A DNA stretch of 64,000 bases from Nemertoderma westbladi (taxonomy: Eukaryota; Animalia; Xenacoelomorpha), in NCBI GenBank assembly GCA_032718475.1, contig JAUCBJ010002907.1, positions 31,356-95,355 of the forward strand, written 5' to 3'. Positions 51,009 to 62,700 of the stretch are shown in pieces. A program made the translations under genes and the position numbers. Every line of letters begins with the position of its first letter. The stretch's first letter is position 1. The notes below the pieces were generated by a model, which ran no database searches, was not told the origin of the DNA, and saw only the letters and a list, made by a program, of their open reading frames with translations.

Positions 51009-53308
51009 CTACAGTTTCACATGGTTCGACACCCTTTGGATCTGGCACAATGGACTGATAGCAGAGGTTGTTGGAGGTACAGATTGGAGGTTCAGTGGTA
51101 CACAAATGGAGGATTCGGAATGGGGTACAGGGGATACAATCGCAGGAATAGTTGACGATATGCTAGCTACAGGTGTCACCGCAAGGGATACTTCCGGTAC
51201 ACTTAAGGGTTCTATGGATGCAGGGGCTGCAGTCAAAACTGCAGGAGTATCATTAGACGCAGGAATATAATTAGACGCAGTAGTTCTTTCGTCATTTAAG
51301 TTTACAGAGGCTATAGGATCGGGTACCCAAGTGGCAGCATAAGCTATATCACTAGTTACAGTAACAGGGGGATTGGCAGGTAGATCACTCATCAACTGGG
51401 AAGAGCAACACAATATTAAATCAGATCCTGGTGAGTAACAGCCTTGGTTGTCTAAACTATTGGTCCTACGCCTGCGGGGCTTCCTTTTAACACCACGAAG
51501 GTTGCTGTCAGAGATATTGCTATCTGAGCCTGCTGTTCTACTAGGAGATACCCTGGTCGACCGACTAACTGGTTTAGTTAAATGTATGCTACTACTTTCA
51601 CTTAACACAGAATATGTGTTACTTAGTGGCACTACATAATTAGTGCCAGAATTGGTAGTGGAGATTTCTCTGGATGCACCCGAAGTTGCACCCCGGTGAG
51701 TAACTTCCGACCATCCTTCTTCAGATTGCAATGCCGTTACATTGGATTGCAAAGTCTCTTCCACTTCCGTGCCAACAGAGGTTAGATTTATAACAGAAAC
51801 TACAGGCGGGTCTGTACATAGTTGCGGGTTACTTTGACTACCAGTGACAGCCGGCGACACATAAGTATAATTATATGGAACAGTACCATTGGCAGCATCA
51901 TGCGTATTATAGTCAGTAACCCTTGATGCATTATTGGCAACTGATGATGTCATGTATGTGAGATTTGGTATGAACTGGGTTCCCCAGTGGGAAACATTTG
52001 ACTGAGTACTCTTGGTTGACCAATTATCAGAAATGGTTTGCATATTGCTGCCAGTGGAACTGTAACTAACACCATTATTATTATTATAAAAATTACTATT
52101 AACAACTGGTGTAGGCCTACCGGTAGTGTTTGTATATGGTAAATTTGCTGACACTGGGTACAGCAAGTGTGTGCCATGCTGTTGACAATTTTGCGAAAAA
52201 TCCCTAAACCCTAAATCACTGGTAGCCACAAAACCGGCTGGGTGGGTAGCCACCGTACTGTCATTGCTATTTGCTGGTGGAAAGTCATTACTACGTCTAA
52301 GTGCTGAAATAGTGCGGCTAGCTGGGTTAAACATAGGCAGGTTATGTAAGTGTACATTAGGTTTATTAAAAACCTCCCAACCACTAATCTTAAAGTTATC
52401 AATATAAAGCAAATTTACTATAACCCTTAGTGATGAGGAAAACTCACGACCTTCTTTAGCAAGTCGAAATAAAATCTCGCGCTGTTGCCTTATTTCAGCA
52501 ACATAGTCCTTGGCAATGGTTACCCCAGTTCTGGTCAGCTGTGATTTCTTCTTCAGAATGCAGGATTTTTGGTTGAAACTGGCCAGTTCAATGAGGATTG
52601 GGACAGGAGGTTTGTCAGGAAGCCAGCGGCCCAGGCAATAACAGGTCTCAATAGTGAGGTGTTCGTTATACCCGAGGGTATTTCTTACAAAGTCGCGGAC
52701 GACATCCGTAATATTCTCGCGAGTGGATTGTTTCATTCCACAAATGATTAAATTCTTCCGTTTGTTGTATTGATCCTGCTCAATCGAGCGGCGATGTAGG
52801 AATTCGAAGTTTGCAGAGTTACGTTTGACATCACAGGATAATTCGTTAAACTGACCCCTAATTTCGTTTACACCGGATAAGACGGAGGGAATTAGGGAAA
52901 TGCAGTAGTTTGGATCTGGATGGTGCTGAAGTTGGGGGGGGGGGGGGTAGTCAGAAGTACCGGTACCGGCACGTTGCCACAAACACCACCAAGGGAAGAT
53001 GAATGGGAATAGTTAAACCGCACGCTCTTTGGGTCATGTAGTGGAGAAGGTGACATGTCGTAGAGATGGGGAGAAATCGAGTGTACTACACGGGGCCATT
53101 GGTTTACATGGGAGTGTTGGTTGACGACGGAGGCTGGCGAAGGGAAAGGAAAACGCGGATCAGAAGTGGAGATGCTGTGGTGGACCGGTATCGATCTGGT
53201 GTTGGATTGTGAATGGGTTATTGTACCGGTACTATCCACGCCTAAACAGCCCGTACTGCTCTCGCCACTAGAACTAGCTGCTGAAAGCTCTGCCCCTTCC
53301 AGGGCCAT
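51009..53308 (-). CDS. LINE ORF1 (coiled-coil/RRM-like, L1 transposase_22-like) with long S/T/P-rich extension; frameshift at a homopolymer near 52933-52947
   Basis: EQDQYNKRKNLIICGM...PILIEL...GVTIAKDY...IRQQREIL is typical of ORF1; it sits directly upstream of ORF2; ATG at 53308. Confidence 0.7.
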
Positions 53309-54760
53309 ATAGTAGTTCAGTATTCAGTAGTATTCAGTAGTTCAACCATTATAATAGATCATAAAAATAATTTCGACATATTTTTGACCAAAATGGTGTA
53401 CCCCCCCCCCCCCCCCCCCCCCCTTAATATCCAACATTGAGTCTTTTTATCTCACTTTTATCTGCATCCCTAAGAAATTTAACAGTAATTTTATCTCGAT
53501 CAGTTTTTGATTTTCTAAATGTTGATATACTTGTTTTAATTTGTACATCTTCTTTTAACTATTGACATAAATTACACATTGTTCGGTTGTATCTTCTCGA
53601 AAACGAGGATCAATCCCTAAAAATCGCTGCTTTATATAATTAGCAAATCCAACACATTGACGCTGGTATGTAGCCAAGAATCCCCCTGTACCTGTTGGAA
53701 ACAAGTGAGCTCAAGATATTAAACTCCCCAATTTACAAATTTACCGGCAGCTATCTTGGACTCCAGCTCATTCTTAACAATAACATTAGCAATTTGTATT
53801 CAATTTGAACATCATTTATAAATTGACTCTTATCATTGTTCAATTCCACAACATCAAATTTCATAATTTGTTTGAATAAATGATTTGAAAACATTTGAAC
53901 TATTCAACAACTTTATCTGTACTGTCCTCAATGTATAATCCTTTATATTGCTTTATATATCTTTTGATCAACAGGCAATAATTTTGTGATTGTCTCTTCT
54001 ATGTCAGCCTCTTCATTAATTGTCTCTTCAATTTCAGCCTCTACATTAATCAAAGATCGAACCACTTTAAATTCGTTGGGACGAGGTATATGAACAGTAC
54101 GAACAAAAGGTAATACCAATTTCAAAGTATAAAAGCCTCAAACTTATTCAGTTGGCCATATTTTGCTATTAATTATCTTGGTAGTGATTCAACATGGAAC
54201 CTATATGTTTTTTTTAAATAATATAAATAAGGTTTTAATTAATTATTATAAAACAAATAATCTTAATAATTAAATTATTAAGGGTTAATTAAGACACCCC
54301 CAACTGATGTTTACAAGGCGGGAAATTTGAGACTACTACTACTACTACTACAGTAAGAGTAACATGGACTGGCAGACATGAGTAGGTTCTATGTACTACT
54401 ACAGTACTGCGACATCGGTGTAAGTATTTGGAGAGTATGAAGAGAAGTAGGAGAGGCTGATTTTCCTCTGTAGCTGCTGGCTTTTCTATTCCTCAGTTTT
54501 GTTACACCGACCCACCCCCCCCCCCCCCCCCCCCCCCCTCTGTCTACCACCCTCCCTCCCCTACCACACGCACCCCTGCCATGCCCTAATTTTTGTGTAC
54601 TAAAAATGACATACCACCCACATCGGAAAGTAGAAATCCAAGTGCGACACCGGTTTTTGCAAAAATGTGCCATTAAATTCTCAATCAAACTAATTCTCAA
54701 TGTGGGTGTGCTAAGCCACAACTTACAGGGGTGAAATCTTACAGCACAGAAGGTTCGCCA

Positions 54761-55498
54761 TGTCCTGCAATTGTCTGATTGTTACAGTTGAAAAATTGTG
54801 AATACATATAAACTGATATAATTGTATTGAAATTATTGCTTGTACAAAGACAGAAAGATATGTTGAGATAGATATATTGATGTATAGAAACTGGTACATG
54901 AATGTCAGACATCAGAATATCGGAATGTTACAGTTACATAATATATCGGACTTTACAAATACTGTAACAGCATATACAGATATAACTATATAAAGTAACC
55001 AATCTAAACTATAGGACAACTATAACTAAGAACTATAATAAGAAATATAATGAGAACTATGCTACTATACTATACTATATTAAACTATACTACTATACTA
55101 TTGAAAGATCATGGAGCTTCCTACCCCTGATTGACTGCTTCCGGTGTCTGACTGTATGTATGCATGCAGTACGTCAGTACTGCAGTACCAGTATGATGTT
55201 CTGACTGCTGATCAATAATAATGATGCCAGCTAGGCAGAACAGATTCCTGATATTACGGAGGTTGGGATGGATAAGCCAATCAGGGAACAGGACAGTAAT
55301 CCTACCATATAAGGTAATACAAACATAAGGTTGCGCTGTCTCTATTATAAGGAGACAGCTGGTAATAAAATGCACAAATAGAAATATATGTGGGGCGAGT
55401 CATAAACTATGAAAAGCTCTAAGGTAATATAATATTCTTAGTTAAAGATAATAAAGATATTGTAACTCTCTATATAAATGCATAATAGGTAGTTGACA
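54761..55498 (-). mobile_element. Probable 3' LTR of the BEL/Pao element
   Basis: Minus strand purine-rich tract GTGGGTGTGGGGA is followed directly by TGTCAAC at 55498; candidate end ...GGACA at 54761. The 5' LTR is outside the window, so the boundaries are unconfirmed. Confidence 0.4.
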
Positions 55499-56708
55499 TC
55501 CCCACACCCACGACAGTGGCTTAGGGCCGCTGCCGTAACTATAAATTACGACATAATATGTACATATATAATATATAATGCACAATGAAAGGACATATAA
55601 AGTAATAATGTGAAATCAAACTCAAATAAAGTCACATAATATTTATATCTTTACAAATGTCGGTTGGTGCTTTTGACTAGTTTTAAAATCTCACAATTGA
55701 TTAAACAAATTATAAACTAAAACTCAGCTCAAAATGCACAAATAAATGCCATTCTTATATATAGAAACTCTACTAATTTATATAGATTACTTTCAATGAA
55801 AATAATTACCGTAATTCATAGTAATAATGTTTCTTAGTAAGTTAAGACATACTTAATAACAATATAAGTCCATAGATAAGATTAAATTGAGAAACGGTAA
55901 TTCAAATATTCACCAAGGAGTATTAAAGAGAGCAAAAATGAATACGAAAATACGAAAGAAAATACCATGAAATAACTATATATAACATCAATATAGTCAT
56001 CAATCTATTATTACTAATTATAATCGAAGTACATCAATCATCGTAATGTTAGTGATATTGAACTGCTTTGATCGACTTTATTCCCAAACATCGAGTAACA
56101 AGTATAAAACGAGTTGTATATAAACACTAAATCCATTATCGTCAACAAACATAAATTAAATATTCAGGGTAGAGGGATTGGGTTCAGAATGGGGTAAGGG
56201 ACAAGAGAGACCAGGGGGGGGGGGGGGGGGAAATGGAAAGGGAAAAGAGGGACAGGAAGAACGATACGAGAGGAATAGGCTGGACAGTGGACAGGGAAAA
56301 TAAAGATGTCATATCAACAATGGAGCGCGCGCATCCTGGGGGGCCCCCACACCCGTGAAACGTCACGGGAGGATAGATAAGGGAATATCAATTGCATAAT
56401 AATAAAACTGTATTCATTATGTAGATTGCATGCATATCCAATCCATCCAAAAATTCACATCTATATAAATAATAGAATATCGTTATATCATTAAGTCGTA
56501 TCCATATCCATATCGTATCATTATCATTATCAATCAGCATATATAAATATATAAGTATATAAAATAATGAATTTAGTAACGGTAATTATAACATCATCAT
56601 TTGGGTATAATCCATTAGTAATTGTTGACCATATATCATTACAGGGTTGTATATAACTTGAGTATATGTATAATATATATATATATATATAAATTAGAGT
56701 AGATATCT

Positions 56709-59700
56709 TTAATCTGCTTGTTCTAACAAGCAAAGTGTATGAATTGGGCGCTCAAGAAGTGAGCCACCTTTGAGTAAAACTTCAGCTACTCGGACTTGTT
56801 TATCTTCACCCGGGAAGACTTTAGTGACTCGTCCGATTGTCCAAGCTCCCTTGATGGAATCATCATCCATCACAAGTACAACATCATGAACCTTAAGGTT
56901 GTAGCCTGGACGGTACCACTTGGTTCGGGTATGTAAAGTAGGTAGATATTCACGAATCCACCTGCTCCAGAAAAAGTTAGAAAGAACTTGGGCTTGTCTC
57001 CAGGTGGTTTCAACACCTTTATTTGCGGTAATAAACAATCCTGGTGGGAGGTTTGAGACTGGATCTAAACAAAGTGCGTGGTTAGGAGTTAGAACAGTAT
57101 CACCATGAACATCATCAGTGGTGAGGTACAGTGGCCGACTGTTCATAATGGCTGCGGCTTCAGAGAGAACAGTGCGGAGTGTGTCCTCACTGACAAGCTG
57201 CGTTTCCAATGTGATTCGTAATATCTTCTTTGTCATTCCAACAAGACGTTCCCAAACACCAGACATGTGAGGAGCACATGGGGGCTGCCAATGAAATTTG
57301 AGTGTATGATTGGGTACTAATACGTTTGAGAAATCGATATGTTGAAGATCCTCTAGGGCCTCCTTCAGTTGTTTCTCTGCACCAACAAAGTTTGTTCCAT
57401 TGTCAGAATACATGTGCGCAACTCTTCGAGCTCTCGAGTTTATGAAGCGACGGAATGTATTGATGAATGCATTCGTGGATAAGTCCGAAACAAGATCGAT
57501 ATCGACTGCACGAGTTGTTAGACAAGTGTACAACACTACCCAACGCTTAATTGATCCACGACCATATTTAGCCTTGACTGGGCCAAAATAATCGACACCC
57601 GTATGTGTCCATGGAGGAAGATATGGAATAGTACGAAAATGTGGCAAATCTGCCATACGTTGTTTCATTCGCTTACGATTTCGAATCTTACAAATCATGC
57701 AACGACTTAAAAATCTTAATACCTGATTCCTCAACCCAATAATCCAGTAACTACGGCGGATCTCATTTGTCATATGTTCACGACCTGCATGTCTCAAGGA
57801 ACGATGAAGATCATTTATGAGGATAGGAATAATGGCTGAGTTCTTGGGGATAATTATGGGATTTGATTCATCAAAATTCAAGGCAGTGGTTACACACCTT
57901 GAACCCATTCTTATCAATCCATCACTATCAATATGTGGATTAAATCTCTCAATAGGACTTCCTTTACGAACTGGAAGATTGGAACTTAACCTTACAAGAT
58001 CATCTTGAAGCGGAAGTTGAGAATACTTGAGGACTGCGATTTTCGCTGCAAGTATCTCATCTGGACTCAAACGATCTTCAAAGGGAGGTATGAGCTCAGA
58101 ACTGTTATGACATTTATAATATTGCGCTATACAAGCACGACGAATACGTGCTACGCAACGATATAGACGATCTGATTCGCTAAAATGTTCTATAAACTTA
58201 CGAGTATACCCATTGGTATTTGCTGAATTGGTAAAATTTATTGAAATATCCTGCCTCAACTCTGAAAGATCATCAGGATAATCAGTATCCTTAACATGCG
58301 TTTTTGGCCATGATTCCTCTGGGCCACTAAGAAACTGTGGTCCATTAAACCATCTCTTACTATCTACAAGTTGTTCAGGGGTCAGACCCCGAGAAACATC
58401 ATCTGCAGAGTTACACTCTGTAGGAACATAACGCCAATTATCAGTGGAAGTGTTTTTACGAATTTCTGTGACACGATTGTCAACAAAGGTTTTGAGCCGT
58501 AACTCAGTATTCTTAATCCAGGCAAGAACAACTTGCGAGTCAATCCAATAGATGAGTCTTGAGATTGTATAATCTATTTCGCGAGTGACAGCTAGACTTA
58601 AACGGAGAGCCATGATTGCTGCCTGTAACTCTAAACGTGGCATTGTAACTGCACGAAGTGGAGCAGTGCGAGCCTTAGAAGTTACAAAGGATGTGAATGA
58701 ATCCTTACGTCGCAAATAAATGACTACACCATATCCCTCTTTACTAGCATCAGAGAAAATATGAAGCTCAAAAGGCTCAAGAGGATCATGATCTGGAAAA
58801 TACGCACGAGGAATGTGTAAGTCTTGAAGGGTGGGCAACTGAACTTTCCACTCTTCCCAAGAATGGGCCAGACTTGGGGGCAATTGTTCATCCCAAGAAA
58901 GTTTATCTGACCACATCTTACGTAATAATAATTTCCCTAGAAGAGTGACAGGAGAAATGAGACCCAAAGGGTCATATAAGGAAGATAATGAGGAAAGACA
59001 TCCTCTTTTAGTAAGAGGTGATACTTGGACCTGAACACGATAACCAAACTCATCTGAGTCGGTGTTCCATCTAACTCCTAAGGTTCTACTATAGGGAAGA
59101 TGGTCAAGGTCCAAATCAACCTCCTTTGAAAGACGATTAGTAGAAATATTGTCTCCTTGGATTTGAGTAAGGAATTCTCTGCTATTACTTAGAAAGCAAG
59201 TAAGGTTGAAACCTCCTTGCGCTAAGCAAGATATAAGGCCCCGGGCTAAATTTACAGCCTCATCTAATGTACGGAGGGATGGCAATCCATCATCCATATA
59301 AAAATTACGTTGTATTGTATCATTTACAATTGGGGGGTACTGAGACTTATTTTTCTCACCAGTAATTTGCACACCATGTATCGCTATACATGGGGAGTCC
59401 TTTTTCCCAAAACAATGTCTGGTCATTCTATATTCCTCGACCATACCATGGACTTTATCATCCTTCCACCAAAGAAATCGAAGACTATCTTGATCTTTGG
59501 GGGGAACCTTGATCTGGTGGAACATTGCTTCAATATCACACATGAATGCAATATTCTCTTGGCGGAAACGAAGCAATATTCCCCAGATCAGGTTCAAACG
59601 GTTAGGTCCTGACAGCAGCATATCATTTAAACAATGACCACGAAACTTTGCTGCAGCGTCATTCACTATTCTTATTTTTCCTGGTTTTTCAGGATAAGTA

Positions 59701-62700
59701 ATATAGTGATGGGGAATATAATTTGTTTGAGGGGTAACCGTTAAGTCATCACCTGTCAATTTGATGGCATAACCTTTGTCAATATAGTCATGTAATTTGG
59801 ATATATACGTAGGTAAATGCTGCTGAGAGTCTTGATTATTGAGGAAACGTTTCCCCAAAGAATACAAGCGCTTCTCAGCTAAGGGTCGATTGAATACAAT
59901 CTTATTGGGATCACATTTCCATAGCATCCCTACTTCCCATTTTCCCTCTGTTTCATCAAAAACAGTGGTTTCCTTAAGTATTTGTAGTGCACGTTTGTCA
60001 TCATCAGACTCTTTGACAACTGAGTTGTCCTCATCCTCAATCCGATTGTATCCAAAGTTTTCCAATTCCCAAAATTGTGAGAGAAGTTTATGGATATCAA
60101 TAGGAGGATTTGGATGAGAGACTTCTTGATTGTCATATATGCGACTGTGGTTGACAAAGTATGATTTCCTTTTATTTTGTAGGGTGTTATCTAGAGCTAT
60201 AGGACCTGATATATACCAACCAAATGGAGACAAGACTCCATAAGGTTCAGTTTGTGGATTATCGCCAAATCTTTGCTCAATGCGATAATGTGCATATGGC
60301 AAATTTTGACCAATCACAATACTGATGAATGGAATATCAACAGGTTGAGCTTCAAGGGATAGAGAAGATAAATGAGGGAAGTTTGAGAATTTGGAGACTG
60401 GCGGAGGTCCATCACCTATCCGCAACTGATCACAAACAACAATATCTGTTTCCCCAATAATTCTTTTTTCCAATGAACTAAATTGGCATCTTGCAATACC
60501 AATACTAATATTACACTCATCTCGTAAGAGAGTTGATAAATCAATACTGTCTCGTTTTGGGGTTATACCTAAATAACGTGTGACTCCTGCATCAACAAAT
60601 GTTCCTGTTGAACCACCATCCAACAAGGCATATGTTGATACAGACCTCAAGGGATCTATATATACAGAAACCGAAACTACAGGTAAACAAGCTGAAGGAT
60701 CGTCACCCTTCAACTTATTTGACATGTGAGTTATATAATTCTTAGATGGTCCCTTAGGAACAATTTTAGATTTATCCTTAGGTACTACTATAGGAGTCTC
60801 CTCTGGAACTGTCGTTTCCTTTGTAACTACAGTTTTCTGCAGTTGGAGGGGTTTACTGGCAGTGGAGTTAAAACTAAGATATTCATGAACTCCATGCATA
60901 ACAGCACCATGGCTGTCACCACATGTGGGGCATTTAATTCGCCATGGACACTGACCCGATTTATGACCAGGTCGGGTACAATGTGTACAAACAGATGGTT
61001 TATGGTGATTTATAATATTAGCCTTTTCCTCGCAAGATTTACTTGCAAATATAGAACATCGATAGAGGAAATGACTTTTACCTTTACAAAGGGGACAAGA
61101 AGGTGGATTTATTTTTAAAGACTGAGATTTTGAAATATTACTATCTACCATCATTGATGTCTCTCGTAATTTACTATTGCCAGTTGTGGCTCCACTAGCC
61201 AGCGACTTATCGGTAGATTGTCGTTGACCCTTATTGGCAGTATGTAAATTGGAGTAATGTGGATGATCTCCTGCTTCCGCATAAAAATCAACAAAACGCA
61301 GGATATCATACAAAGTAGGATCAGAAGGGCGGCCATTAGCAGAACGCCTACGATTTGATATACGTGTAGCCTCCATTTGCCATTTAATTATTAAATTTTG
61401 TGGAAGCCGTGCTATTAGAGCACGTAAGTTATGATGGTTATTCATCTCTTCAGGGTCATGAAGATGACTAAGTGTATTATAAATGTATCGTATTTGGTCT
61501 GCATAGGCTATTAATTCTTTTGGTGTGTTATTGATTGGGGGCTGATTTATAACCTTATCAAAGGTAGCACGGACAATTTTTGTTACATGACCAAAACGGT
61601 GATCCAACAAAGCCCATGCCAGACGATACCTATGAGGAGAAGTAACTAACGTATTTACAGCTTCTTTTGGAGGACCAGTTAGAAACTGTAAAAGGTAAGA
61701 AAACTTCTCTGCATCAGGTATTTGTTTAATGCCAATGGTAGCATTAAAGTTGACACAAAAGGAAATATAATTTTCTGGATTCCCATCAAATTTATCTGGA
61801 TGTGGTAATGGAGTATGAGAACTGAGACCCACTCTGTCAAGCAAGGCTCTCTCATACCTGTCATCCCTTTGTTGATATAAAGGATATTGGGATCCAGAAT
61901 CACATCTCATGCTTTGAGGAGAGTTATATTCATCATTTGGTGGGGGACCTCGTCCACCTCCACCTCTGCCCCCACTACCACCATTATTATTAGGTGTGTG
62001 GGGCTGCCGAGGTTGATAGCCTCGGTCAGTGGGAGGGGGACCTCGTCCACCATCACCTCTGCCTCCACTACCACCATTATTACTAGGTGTGTAGGGCTGG
62101 CGAGGTTGATTATTATTAGGAACAAGAGGAATATATTTGGATTCATAGTAGCTATTTTCAAAATTACTTGGGTTACGATATTCACACTCAGGTGTGTCTA
62201 TTGGATGTACACCTCTTGGAACATCATTTATGGGTGCATATTTAGGTGTATAATGTATATAGTCAGTGTGTTCAGACAGATGTTTGACATCTTTCGGAAC
62301 AATATGGTTTGTCCCAGTCCATATAGAATGGGCCTGGGGTAAACTACTAGTATGTTTACTAGTGTAATGTGTTGGCTCATGTTTCAATGGGCCACAATAA
62401 TTATCATCTGCTGGAACACAATCATTACCAGATGATTCAAACAACTCAGCAGATGGTATGTAAGGGGTTTCAAAATATATTTCTTCATTGGGTGGTTGAT
62501 GTGGGAGATAAGGCACTCCTGTATCAGACACCCTAACCCCAACTCTATTTGAGGAACCTACAGGATCTGAGAGGTTATACAAATTAGAGTTATTTTGGAC
62601 AACATTTTGAGGTCTATCAATAGGCCTGATATTTGGTACAAATGGTGGATTATTAACTTTGGATTCCAAAGAAAAACCAACTGATTCTTTTGGGGGATCA

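Noticed and set aside
53440-54200. Coding-like minus-strand stretch (EAEIEETINEEADIEETI)
   Set aside because: Many stops and no recognisable domain; cannot be assigned.
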